From positions 1,066,373 to 1,130,372 of the forward strand of contig JBNZDD010013687.1 of NCBI GenBank assembly GCA_050575255.1: DNA of 64,000 nt, given 5' to 3'. The notes under the pieces were generated by a model that was given only the letters and a program-made list of their open reading frames with translations, was not told where the DNA came from and ran no database searches. The translations under genes and the position numbers were made by a program. The DNA comes from Harriotta raleighana. Its lineage: Eukaryota. Of the stretch, positions 13,967-26,947 are shown piece by piece; position 1 is the first letter of the stretch; each line of letters opens with the position of its first letter.

Positions 13967-15607
13967 AGGTGAATAAATGAATACCATACCTAAAAATACT
14001 ATCTTGGAGAGGGAAGAAAGCAAGAACTTTCTATGTTGAAGTAACAGAGCTAGTTAAGTCCTTAGTCAACAAAGCATAATTGATAGTTTGCCAATCTGGC
14101 ACATGAATGAGATTTGGAAGTATAGATGTGTCCCTTCATGCAAGCCCAAACCCCTTGATGGTTGTTAGGCAGTCTGTATTGGACAACAAATGTGAATTTT
14201 ACTAGTGCTTTATTTTTTAAGAGAGCTATGTTGCTGATACCAATACAGCATTGGTCATGTTTTATTTACATGAATACAACCAAAAATGTCTTATATTAAT
14301 CAAACAAATCCACTGTGCTTCTTTAAATTAGAATTCCAATAGGGATTTCTTTAAATATTGTCAAGGGCAATCAAAATCTATTGTTTTTCACTTCTACCTG
14401 TTGAGACTCAGGGACGTTGTGATAGAACAGTGAAATGTCGTTCTCTGAGCAAGAACACATTACAACTTCAGTAAACTGGCTGATAATGTAACATGGGATA
14501 TGGACATAACCAGCCGGTTTTCAAGTCTGGAATGTTTTGCTTTTCCTTAACTGATTAATCTTCAGGGTAATAGATGTAAAAATATTACTGCTTGAATTCT
14601 GTAATAATTCTCTAATGTGTAATCACATACTTTCACCTTTAGTTCAGATGTAAAACAATATACACCTGGGAGTTTGTAGCACTGAAACCTAATCAAGGGT
14701 TCAAGTGGGATTATAAACTACAAGAAGATAGCTTGCAAGCTTCATGAATATAATTTTAACCCTGAAATTTAGATGCCACCTCACATACTAATCATTCTCG
14801 ACAGTACATGATGTTAATGACAATAATTTGCTCAATGACATAAATAAATTGGATCATGGGCCTCCTGGAAGAGACGTACATGTTTCAATCAGTAATACAT
14901 TAAAGGGCCATTCAATGTATACAGCATTGACATTTGATACAGCATCTTTCACATCAGGAAGATGTCTCAAAGTGCTTCACAGGATTTGCTGTGAAATGTA
15001 GTGACTTTAAATTTCGTAGTCTATTAAAATTAGAATTGATACTGACTTGTGCAACTATTTGAATAAAGATTTTTGCTTATCTTCAAATACTCAGTATTAT
15101 AGTGCAGAAGCGAGCCCTTTCAGTACATACTGAAATTTATGCCTACTTTGTACATTTTTGACCAAAGTGGATGATATTTTAAACGCTAGATGTAGTAATG
15201 AAAACTTTATAAGACCCTTCAAAAAGATTAATATCAATATGGATCGGTTATACAATAATATAATTATTGCACATAGTAGTTGATTCATAGCAATATCAAC
15301 TTTACAATATATATACATATTAATGGGCAATGGTTCCTAGGCATAACATTGCATCATACTTTTTTATATGTTATTTCCAGAAAATATACTAAAGTAATTG
15401 CTAAAATATGTGAAGTTGTCTTTAGCCAAAGTAAACTTCTGATAATAAAGCAATTTTATTTCGAAATTTATAGTTGGAGGTTCATAAAGTCTCAAATTCA
15501 GGCAACGGGGAAATGAGGAATGGGATGGGCAAGAACAATATCCTTTCACCTTTAAAATCTGGATTTGAATTCAGATTGATAGGATATAAGGATAAGGCTA
15601 TATAGAT

Positions 15608-15905
15608 GGAGTCCTGTAGCCGAGTGGTTAGAGCACACGCCTTCAAGTGAGATATCTAGGTTTGATTCTAGGCAGGGCAAAACCTCAGGCAAGTTTCCTT
15701 ACTCTACATGCCTGATAATAATTCCTCAAAAAGAAATCAGTCATTTTAATCCACGACTGTTTGGGGAAATTGCTATGTGCAATTGGCTGCTGCATTTCAC
15801 CCATATACATGCAGTCAATTCACTTCACTTTATTCTGTGAAGCGTTTTGGGATGTCCTCCCAACGTGAAAGGCGCTATACGAGTGTAATTTTGTTGTTGT
15901 TGTTT
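15608..15905 (+). mobile_element. tRNA-headed Deu SINE with L2-type tail
   Basis: Head gtagccgagtggttagagcac...gtttgattcta, core aattggctgctgc, tail gtgaaaggcgctata...ttttgttgttg. Confidence 0.8.
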
Positions 15906-17692
15906 AGGACATCTAGAAGATACGATAAGTACTATATCAAATGCCAAGGTTATTATTCAGGGCCTTAGTAGATCCTGCCGATGAGAAAGGCGCTATTCAA
16001 ATGTAATTTTGTTATTCTTGTATAAATATGTGATTATTCCATCACAGTATAAATGTAGATATGCATCTAGTTTCCACAGCAATCATATTCTATTGTGTTC
16101 CATAGGCTAGTGTAGTATTCTAGGTATGGAATCATCAACTTCTAAATTTATAAATATTCAAAGTCAGAGCGAAATTAAAATGTAAACACTTAAAAGCTAC
16201 GACTGATTTTAATCACAATGTCCCACAATATTCAATGTTTAGCTACATTTCCTATATGATGTTTTTTTTTTAAAATGCACATTTTGCCACTGGAGAAGCA
16301 GAACGATCATGTTACGTTTAGCCTGTACTTTTGGCAATGAATTGACAACAGTTTTGGCCATGTTTGCCATCAAATATGCTGTACAGACAGGGTCTCATAA
16401 AGCAGACTCCATGCTGGAGCCTCACTCCTTACATCATCTATTGAGTAGTTTCAGCAGCTGTGAAATCCACATGTGTGGATCCACATCCACATGTGTGGAT
16501 CCACATCCACAAGTCAGCCCTTCAAAATCATTCTAAAAGAAGTACAGTCGCAATAATTTCAGTAAACTCTGTGAAGCGTTTTGAGATGGATCAGTGTGAT
16601 AATAATCCTTGCATTCAATATAGCATCTTATCACGTCTTTGAGTCTTCTTAAAGCGCTTCGCAGAATTGATGTATATTTTGTGGGCATAACAAAACTAAA
16701 TCCTTAACTGACTTTGACAATAACATGTCAAAGTACACATGCGTAGAGAGGCAAAATGAGGTGTTCAGTTTTATTCAACCTTTGAGTCGATGGAGCGTGG
16801 AGTATAAATTGGGCTTTCTACTCCACCATCACTGTCGTGTGTCTTCTCTCCCAGATACTTAAAATGAAGCACAGGATTGATATATAAAGGTTGATTTATG
16901 CTGCTCTTGTGGTTCGTATCTTATTGAAATAAGACATGGTCCAAAATGCATTTGTTAAAACATAATATACTGTACCCACAATAATTTTTTTCTTCCAGCA
17001 AAAGTTCTTTGGCAACATAGCAAAAACTATCAATTCAGGTTAAATATGGTCTACTAAAAGCTTTGGATTTCACAATTTTATAGTTAGTTACAAATCTACA
17101 AGTTTTCTATAATCCTGTTACTGCTTGTGGCTTTAAAAGAAACTTTTTTTTAAAAAAAATCATTGCACAATGTGTTCCACATTTTGGCAGAGAATCGGAT
17201 GTTGTAAACATTGCTATTCAAAATATTTTTTAAACCAATAATTTTCTGGTTTGGAATACAAAAGTGAATTGGAATTGACAGTTTTATTTTTTGAGACAAT
17301 ATTCTGCCATATAACTTAAGGTTTTGACCTGCGCTGTAGCCAACTCTAAAGCTAGATTTTAGCTTCTAAGAATCCAAACTGCTTGAAGTAAAAAACAAAG
17401 CAGTTAAGGTTTTCTTGTTCAATCCGATGATAAAATATCTTTACTTTCTGCATATGTCATGATAAAACTGGGAGCAAGAAACCTGTCCCTTGCTACCAGC
17501 TCCCACAGCATCAAAGACAGAAAGACTGTCGACATTTGGACGTTTGGAGTTTTCTGAGCAGAATTGAACTGGAGAAATGGTCCCAAAGTGCCAAGGATCA
17601 AACGCAGAGGCTGTTGTTGACGTGACAGCATGTTGCAAACTGTACTCGTTCAGTTACAACATGCTGTCACGATTAGCTCTACATTTCTGGGC

Positions 17693-18017
17693 GACTTATC
17701 AGGGTAGCAAAGAGAGAGACTTATCAGGGCAGCAGTTGGGGAGACTTATCAGGGTAGCAAATGGGGGAGACTTATCAGGGTATCAAAGGGGGAGACTTAT
17801 CAGGGTATCAAATGGGGAGACTTATCAGGGTATCAAATGGGGGAGACTTATCAGGGTATCAAATGGGGGAGACTTATCGGGGTATCAAAGGGGGAGACCT
17901 ATCGGGGTATCAAAGGGAGAGACTTATCGGGGTATCAAATGGGGAGACTTATCAGGGTATCAAATGGGGGAGACTTATCAGGGTATCAAATGGGGGAGAC
18001 TTATCAGGGTAGCAAAG
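17693..18017. repeat. Minisatellite, about 13 copies of a 25-26 bp unit GACTTATCAGGGTATCAAATGGGG(G)A
   Basis: Directly visible head-to-tail repeats with point variants and no unique spacers. Confidence 0.95.
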
Positions 18018-18562
18018 TTGACTCTCTATTGACTGACCCCTTGAATAAACCCACAACACTGAAGGTGTTCTGAGGCATCAATTTTCTGAGCCTGACTTTA
18101 ACATTAGTAAAAGGGGGGATGGAGGGAGAGGGGGGGTGTGGAGGGGGGAGACATGAGTCTGAAACTGCCCTACTCACGTGCTAAATGAATGACAGTCTTG
18201 TCCAACTACTGGTACCTTTTACGCAATCCCACAACACCTCCTCCCGCCCGAGCAAAAATCACATTGCAGCAACGTGCTTGAAGCAAACGTTGATTCATTC
18301 GAAAACAATGTCAGTCTCTCCGACTCCCGATCTGAAGCTGAGCAAATGGCCAACAGATTTCGCAACACATCCACAGGGGCTTTCAACCCACCAGGGAGGG
18401 AGATTATACATACACACGTGTAGATGGATATATATAGATATGTATATGTATAGATATAAACTCGATGGTCTACTAAGGAAAGACTAAAGGAAATGAGACA
18501 AGAATAGTTGAGTAACTCTAGTCTGACGCTGATTTTGGGGGCACCTTTCCCACAAATAAGAT

Positions 18563-18850
18563 TCTCTCTCTCTCTCTCTTTCTCTCTCTCTCCCTCTTTC
18601 TCTCTCTCTTGTTTAACCCTTTCCATTTCCTTTCAGATGTTATTTCGTGGCAGTTTGGGTTTGCTTTGATTCCTTTCTTCTCTCTCTCTCTCTCTCTCTC
18701 AACAGAGAAAAGCGTTTACAGAGCCATCAATACTACCCACGTATACATATTCGCCCCCAAAGCGTGATCAACCGAAAAATGCCCTGTCCTCTCTCTCTGT
18801 GTGTGTGTGTGTGTCTGTGTGTAAGTGTGTGTATGTAAGTGTGTGTGTGC
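18563..18850. repeat. (CT)n and (GT)n microsatellite cluster in the GREM1 intron
   Basis: Visible dinucleotide runs. Confidence 0.9.
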
Positions 18851-19696
18851 TTGCCAACTCCCTCTGCCAAACACGTTGAAATGTTTGGTTGACTATTTAG
18901 TCTCTGGTGTGCAACTGGGGAGATCAAGAGACTGCAGAGAGGCAATAATCTAATAAGAAATTTACATTGATTTCGTGTCTCTAAAGCGCTGAACAAGCCC
19001 AGTTTTGCCCCAGTCATTGACTGGGATGGGAAATACAAGGAGAGGGAGTGCGTAAATAAAGGATGTGTATGTTTTTGTATACACACACACATACAATGGA
19101 CTAAATGCAACTCCACAGTTTCCTGTCTCTGTCTGTCTGATGAGAAGACCTAACGCCAGAGGGAAGGCGAAACAGATCCCTCTCGGTGTGAAATCTTATT
19201 GCGGTGACTTTTAACCTACCCAGGGGGTGAGAAAGCTTTCGCAATGACGCACAGAGCGAACTGGATGCATGTCGTTGCTTCACAGGCGCAAACGTGCACT
19301 GATTCGGGAGACGAGGGGCAGGTGCTTTCAGCTGCAGTCAACTACACCTGGTCTCCCCGTCACTTCACACTGTAAAAGGACGAGTCACTTTCCAAAGCCT
19401 CGCAACACACACACACACACATACACACACACAGAGAGAGTCCTCTTAACACGCGCATATTCGCTGCGATCCAATGAGAGACATATTCGGAGAGAGTGAA
19501 ATCACATGGAAGAAACAGACAAAATAGTATAGATATATATATATTTTTAAAAGAAACTCTTTTGACTATAGGTCTATATATATATATGTGTGTGTGTGTG
19601 TGTCCTAGTCGAAATACTTTACAAGGAGGATCTCTAGATGAATGCAATCAGACAGTTTGCACATCACTATAAAGTCAGACCAGTAAAAACACTCAC

Positions 19697-19855
19697 CTGG
19701 CCTGCTTTCCTAGTGCACACTGTGCGTTCACTGAACAACACCGGCTTCAGTCAGCAGCAGTGCGGGCGGGGAGCGCTACAGAGGTTTGCGTGAGGGATTC
19801 TTGTGACCACTGGGCTCCATGGGACCAGAGCAGTCGGCTCTCGGTACAAACTTCT
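19697..19855 (-). other. GREM1: GREM1 non-coding exon 1 (5' UTR); 5' boundary approximate
   Basis: Strong donor CAG|GTGAGT (plus-strand actcac at 19691-19696), locally GC/CpG-rich, TATA-like element about 25-30 nt upstream. Fits the two-exon GREM1 architecture with a ~10.6-kb intron. Confidence 0.7.
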
Positions 19856-19874
19856 CCCCCGGAGCTGGTTTGCA

Positions 19875-19890
19875 GTCCCATTTAAAAGCC
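19875..19890 (-). promoter_or_regulatory. GREM1 TATA-like core promoter
   Basis: Minus strand reads gcTTTTAAATgggac, resembling the TTTAAA-type element recalled for mammalian GREM1, and lies just upstream of the putative exon 1. Confidence 0.55.
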
Positions 19891-21983
19891 CGAAAGTCTC
19901 CAAACCCCTTCGCGATCATTGGCCAGAAAGCTGGGAATCGCAGCGATTTCTAATCCGCCCACAAAACAGACCCAGGGAACATTTCAACATTTTCACACAC
20001 CACACGATTTCCTCGTTGCTGAATATTGGCAGCAAAACTTTTTTTTTTGTTGGGGAGGGGGTGTTGGTGGTGGTGGGGGTGGGGGGGGGGTGGGGGAGGA
20101 GGGAGGAGGAAGAGGGGATTGGGAGGAGGGAGTGTTTTGTTGGATGGCTTGTCACGTCGCTGAAATCTCAGTCGAAGCAGAGATTGTGAGCTTCATTTCA
20201 CGATAGGATTTATTTTTCGGGGTGTGGGGGCGCAACATTAATCTTGGATGCGTAAAAGTCGAGGTTCTGCTTTGATTTATGTTCAGTTCCACTCTTGCTC
20301 GGGGTTGGGTTGGGTTGTGTTGTCTGGTAACCCCACTCGTGTGCTCTGGGTTTTCATGTGTCCCATTGAAGGGAAAATGATTTCGCACATCTTTCGGCCA
20401 CAAGAAATTACAGTCAATTCATTTTACAATATATTCCGAGAACCGTTTCGAGATGTCTCTAAGGCGCTGGATCAAATGCAATGTTTATTCTGTTGATGAT
20501 GTAATGCTCCGTATTTGAGTAATCCAAACAGCATATCATTGAACGTAAGGTTCCGGTTGTTTTGAAAGGCATCATAAGAGGATTTATGGCTCATTCCCTT
20601 CACTCGTCCAATTTTATTTGGCTTCGAATAAACCAAATGGCTTTGGGAGGAACCCGTTATCTCTGTTGGCTGCCGCGTTTCGCCCACAAATATACAGTCA
20701 ATTTTTTCCTACTTTCTTTCCCCCCGACCCCTCCCCCATCCCCCCCCCCCCCGCCTCCACTCTGATCCATACTTGACTGTACAGCGCCTTGGGACGTCCT
20801 CCTAATGTGAAAGTCACTATATAAATGTAATTTTGATTGATTGATGACAACTGTGCTTTTCCTCCCTGACTTTGCCACACCTCACCTTTCCCTCCCTCTC
20901 CCCCCCGTTACCCTCTTTTCCCCCTTTCTCCCCTAACCCCACTTCCACAACTGTTTGTGGGACGCTGCTGTGTGCAATTTGGCTGCCGTGTTTCGCTCAC
21001 AAATGTACAGTCAATTCTCTACTCTGAGAATTTTGTTGTTGTTGTTGTTGTTTGCTGGTCAGATTCTCCATGTGTGGCCTCGGAAATTCATGCCAAAAAC
21101 AAAATAAGTCGATATCACCGGACAAGTTCAGGGGAAAAAAAATCAAGATTAACCTTATTTCTGATCGTTTACAGACAACTTCTTTAAAGGAGGCAGCCCG
21201 TGACGATCAAAAAGTATATCATCAACCTTTAACTTAAAACTGAAATACCCGCCCAGCAGTAAGACAAAGTTTGCGTATGCAGGAAGCAGGGACAGTGTCG
21301 GATTAACAATATGCCATTGCTTCCAGTAAGGAGCGATTTGGAAATTTACACTAAGGCCTACTCCGAGCGTCTCCTGTAGTGTTTTCCCCCCAAAACTGGA
21401 CTCAAGCCAAACACATCTACTACTACACCAAGTGCGTGCACAAAGCCCCACTCCCCACCACAAAACAGCAGGCATTTACACGTTTAAATGTTATTAAAGC
21501 AGCCAGGAGTAGAGCTGGTTCTCTCATAACATTTGTGTATGTCCAGTGAACCCACCAGAAACTTTGGAAATTGGTAGTTTTAAACGTTTGAATTTGACTT
21601 TCATTAGCTACAGTAAAACTAATGTTACCTTGGACAAATTGTTTAATCCCTACAGGGATCCCTCTCAGTATGGAAATGTGCAATGAACCTAATGATAGGA
21701 AAACTTCACGTGTAGGTGGGACGCACGGAAATCTTGGTTTGGTTTGCATAGTCTTAAATTGGTGATATGTTTCCACTTGTGTCAGACACTCATCCTCAAA
21801 TAGGATGGCTTCTTCTCTATAGAGATGATAATGGACCTTTTCTCTTTCAGTGTAAATAACGTTCAGCCTCAAAGCCTCAAACCAATCAATAATATTCGAT
21901 AATATAAAATGGCAAGATTATAAAATGGGATCAGAACTCTTAAGACATCTTAACGTTGACCAATGTTCTACATACATAAGTTA

Positions 21984-22282
21984 GGGGACTCCTGTAGCTC
22001 GGTGGTTAGAGCACTCGCCTTGGAAGCGAGAGACGTGGGTTCGATTCCCAGCAGGGTGAAACCTTTAGCAAGTTTCCTTACTCCACTCGCCTGATAATAA
22101 TCCCTCAAGAAAAAAAAATGAATTGGTCATTTCAATCTATGACTGCTTGTGAGACACTGCAATTGGCTGCCACATTTCGCTCACAAATATACAGTCAATT
22201 CACTTTACAGTACATTCTGCGAAACATTTTGAGATATCTAGAAGACATGAAAAGCACTACATCAAATGCAAGGATTATTATT
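21984..22282 (+). mobile_element. tRNA-headed Deu SINE
   Basis: ggggactcctgtagctcggtggttagagcactcgcc...ggttcgattccc head, core, and tail ending attattatta. Confidence 0.85.
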
Positions 22283-22285
22283 AGT

Positions 22286-22641
22286 GGAATACTGTAGCTT
22301 TGTGGTTGGAGCACTCGGCTCGCAAGCAAGAGAACCTGGGTTTGATTCCTGGGCAAGATGAAATGTTGGGCAAGTTTGCTTATTCCTCTGTTCACATAGC
22401 AGTAAGTAGAAGCCCAGTTGTTAGTTGATTGGTAGACTGCTTTTCTAAGGGTAAAAATCCCTTGAAATTTTTTTTAAAAAAAAAATTATAATAATAATAT
22501 GGTCACTGAATACATGACTGTTTGGGTACAGTAAATTGGGTGCTGCGTTTTGCCCACAAAATATACAGTCAATTCACTTTACACAATATTCTATGAAGTG
22601 TTTTGAGACATCTTAAAGACATAAAAAGATGCTATATCAAA
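22286..22641 (+). mobile_element. Second SINE copy in head-to-tail tandem
   Basis: gtagctttgtggttggagcactcgg...gggtttgattcc head through the caaattcaagaaatattattatt tail. Confidence 0.8.
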
Positions 22642-24459
22642 TTCAAGAAATATTATTATTATGGTTGCCAAATCACTTATCACAGAGTTGTGTAAATGTT
22701 TCCACATTATATTAAAGGTGGGTTTTGTCCAAATGCATTCTCTCACACACTTCACTAAGATTAAATAATCTAGAAGTCTGTCTTGATTTCTTGTAATATT
22801 CACAGACGGGGAAAACAATTTCAAAATGACTTTTCTTAAAGGTTTAGGGGTGGGGCGGGTGACTAAAGTAGAATCCAGATTCATAGATGTGCGTAAAATG
22901 TAAAACATTTGAATTAATTCAAAGTCTTGTTAAAAAGAAAAAAACCTTTGCTTTATGGAAGTAACCCTTTCCGTTTCCATGCCTAATAGGGATGAAAAAC
23001 GAAAATAATTCAGTCTATTGAGTTCCTGATAGAATATGACTGGTGCAAAATAAGTCCTCCAGATTATTAGTTCGTATTTATGAAGGTAATTGTTTCACTC
23101 GCACATATTTCTGGAAGGATTTCCACTTAACTCAAAACATCAAAAAGTCAAATGGAAAGTTGACCATTGATTTTTTTTATATAGAGAGAGAGAGCACAGT
23201 GGAGCTGGTTTCTCCAGATTCTTCTAATAGTTTTTAAACAGTTTCCTTTAATCATTATGTGGCTCTTTGACCCTCTAATTAAAAAGAGAATCGTTTCAAA
23301 CAGTTGCTGAAGTTAATGTGAACCAGCGTTCTGACACTAGATAATGCTGGAAGGAAATGCCTTCTTTTCCCATAGATGAACGTGTTTTAATGCATTAGGA
23401 GGTTTACTTGTTTCCTGCCGAAATAGGGGAGACATTATACGCTCAAAATCTGTTCCATTTCATCTAGTGTCCACTGCAAATTATAACCAAAAGAAATTTG
23501 CTCAGCGTCTTGCTGTTAGAAAACTTCCAACACACTTTTTAGACTTGATGAGAAGATATTTTTGGGGCTGAATTGAGCTTTGGGTCACATTGATAAGATG
23601 ACTGAAAAATGTAATATTGGAATTCCGTTTGATCCCGAATATGAATCCTCTGTCAGATTAATAGAAATTTCACTGGATTCTCTCGAAGTTTGAGAAAACT
23701 ACAGAGTTACAATGCTGAGTAACCCAACCCCCCCCCCAAAAAAAAAAGACACAGAGATACACATTGATGTAGGGGGAAGAAAAATACATATAAAGATGTT
23801 GTTTTCTCAGCTACCTCTCTAATGAATATTATTCTTTTTTTACGGGCTTCCCATTTAAAACTCAAGAGGTTTACAAACTTTAAAAATCGCTTTGTAAATG
23901 TTCAGATGGCTTCTCTACCAAACGAATGGAAATGGTTTACATTAATTTTCAGTGAATCTGTAAAGCATTAAAATGTCACACACGTACTTAAAAAACAACC
24001 ACTGACACTCCAACCGAGAATAACTAAGTCATTAAAACGGCTGTAAAGTGGAAGCAATCGGGGTGNGCAATGTCTCACAAACAGCCATAAAAGAGGGTGG
24101 GGGGGGGGGGGGGGGGGGGGGGTGGGGAGGTGGTGGGGAGAGAGAAGGGAATCGACTCTGTGTGTATTTGTATAGATTTAATTTTGTTTCAAATATACAA
24201 GCTGCTGGGGATCTCAGTGAATTCGGATTTAAACCGAATTCATCCACCAATTACCCTCTGGCAACTCAACAGATATCACATTGTAGATAAGATCACATCC
24301 ACACTCTCCTCGTACTTCTGCCTTTCGTTGCTGAATGTGGTGGAGGGGTGTATTGACGCATTCACTTCTGTTTTTTTTATTCACTGAGAAGCAAGAATGT
24401 TAAATGTTAAAAATAGACAGGCGATTGGATCATTGCTGACGGAATCTGTCCCCCCCCCT

Positions 24460-24795
24460 CTCTCTGTGTGTGTGTGTGTGTGGGTGGGGTCGCATTCTCT
24501 CTGCTATGTCTCCCTTGTGTCCCAACTGTTTGCAAGCACTGAGCATTTTTTTCTTCGAATATGTATTTGCGATGCACATTTTTACACATCATACAGGAGC
24601 AGGATATACATGGGTGGGGAGGGTGGGGAGGGAGGGTGGAAACTGGTCTGTGTGCGGCCACAAGAGGTTAGAAGATGTGAGTGAAATGGTCACAGTTCAT
24701 ACACACACACACACTCAACACACACATTGACTGCATCAATGCATGTGTATACCTGTTCAGATCTATACCTTACAGATCAACTTGGGGATAATAGA
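24460..24795 (+). repeat. Copy 1 of a ~320-bp dispersed direct duplication
   Basis: Collinear with 26510-26821 (gtcgcat.ctctctgctatgtctcccttgtgtcccaactg ... gatctataccttacagatcaacttggggataataga). Confidence 0.9.
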
Positions 24796-24829
24796 TATGA
24801 GGCAAATAAACTGAGAAACTCATTATATG

Positions 24830-24878
<49 letters not shown>

Positions 24879-25550
24879 GTAAAGGAATATGTTTTATTTA
24901 TCGTTTCAAGCCTGTGACTGTCTCCCAAGTTCTGGATGTGTTCAGTTGATGAGGGTGGACAGTGTGTGTGCTCTCTAACATACATCCTATGCTTCACAGC
25001 CCCCTTTTATATTTGTGTTCTATTTATGTTTATGCATGGAGTATACGGAATAAATATATTATAATTATTATATGAATTATTATTATTATTATATTGTATG
25101 AACTGATTCGTTTGGGGCCAAGAAGTCTGCTAGTTAAGTGTGAAATAGGTCGCCAAGGTTTCATTAGTATATTAGTGTGATAGATACACAGTGTTAGCTG
25201 TCCAATCCATTGTGAAATATCGTTTATCTCTCGAGAATCGACAGTGAATTTCGTGTTGTAGGAGCTCAGGGGCAATCCCATGTGTAAGCTAAACACACAC
25301 TCTGCACAATAGCACTGTCAATCAGATCCTCCACTGATCTGAGCGATTACCTGCAACTGTAGAATCAATTTAACGTGGGGGGTGTTTTAGCAGCAAGGCT
25401 GGGTGATGTTCTCTTGTTCTCATTGTGTTCAACGCATGCCTTTGCAGTTAGTGGGTTTGTGTCTGTATATTTTTAAAAAATACTTTCCTCTGTAACGTCG
25501 GCTGGATATGTTGGGATTCAGTCTGAGTGATGATATTACACAGAAATTGG

Positions 25551-25582
<32 letters not shown>

Positions 25583-26509
25583 GAGCGAAGGGAACAACAC
25601 ACTTTGAAACACACGCGATGAATACTTCACCTATTGTTTGAATTGCAATCGCCTGTAGCATTTCAATAACTTTTGTATATCAATAAATACTTTTTTTTTA
25701 AAAAGCCTTTGTTTTTATACAAACAACAAAATTACACGTGTCTATCGCCTTTCACGTCAGGGGGACTTCCCAAGGCATTGGAATTTGTATTTCATACTGT
25801 ATTTGTATTACAATCTGTGTATACTGTAGTTTGCTCGTATTCACACCGTCCAAAGCAAAGACACAACCAAAGACACATCACCCAGCCTCGCTGTTACCCC
25901 TCCATGAACTGACTGAGATCTAAATGTATCATTGATGCATTTTCTGAATTCTCCATCAAAGGAGAATTAAATAGCATTAAATAGCACAACTGAGTCGCTT
26001 AATCCGATCCAAGTGATGATACAGACACGAAACGGGACCAACGTTAAACAGGTTTGAAACGTCATGGGGTGGGGGGAGAGGGAATTTTTATTTGAATGTT
26101 CAGCAATGAAATACTGTCAGTCTCTTGAATCTAAGGTTGCTTATTCAATGAGCTGAACGTCACACGCTACAGTGGACAGTGTTCATGTGAGTTTGTGAAC
26201 AGCAGAAAATGGGTTTAATTCGCACAGATTCTGGCCTGATGTGAGTGGGACAAGGTGAGGTTGAATTATTATATTGGGTCTGAGCCAGTGAGAAGCCGGC
26301 AGAGGGGGGGGGGNGGGGTTGGGGAGTGAGGGGGGGATGTGGGAGAAAAATATAACAATTCCTCCTTTTCATGGTACGACCAAAGATGAGTTGTATCTGT
26401 GTATTAAATTAGTAAAAATAAATACGTTGGAAGACATTTGATTTTAAAATAAAACTATGTCATTAAAAAAACCACAGAAGCAAAGCAATTAAATCAATGA
26501 GACCCCCAG

Positions 26510-26821
26510 CCTCTGTGTGTGTGTGTGGGTCGCATCCTCTCTGCTATGTCTCCCTTGTGTCCCAACTGCACTGAGCATTTTTTCTTCGAATATATATTTG
26601 CGATGCACATTATTTTTACACTCACACAGGCACCAGGAGCAGGAAATACAAGGTGTGTGGGGGGCGGGGGCTGGTCTGTGTGCGGCCACAAGAGGTAAGA
26701 GAATGTGAGTGAAATGATCACGGTTCGTACACACACACACACACATATACATTGACTGCATCAATGCATGTGTATACCTGTTCAAGATCTATACCTTACA
26801 GATCAACTTGGGGATAATAGA
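26510..26821 (+). repeat. Copy 2 of the ~320-bp direct duplication
   Basis: Collinear with 24460-24795, with substitutions and indels. Confidence 0.9.
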
Positions 26822-26916
26822 ACGGAAAAAAATGTTTAACATATATTATATAGCGTGTATATAGACACATGATATCATATATTTATATAATATAGATGGA
26901 TAGATAGATAGATACA

Positions 26917-26947
<31 letters not shown>

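Noticed and set aside
17693-18017. CRISPR-like array and the repetitive ORFs 17577-18073
   Set aside because: Units are contiguous with no unique spacers, there are no cas genes, and the context is vertebrate. The ORFs are by-products of the minisatellite.
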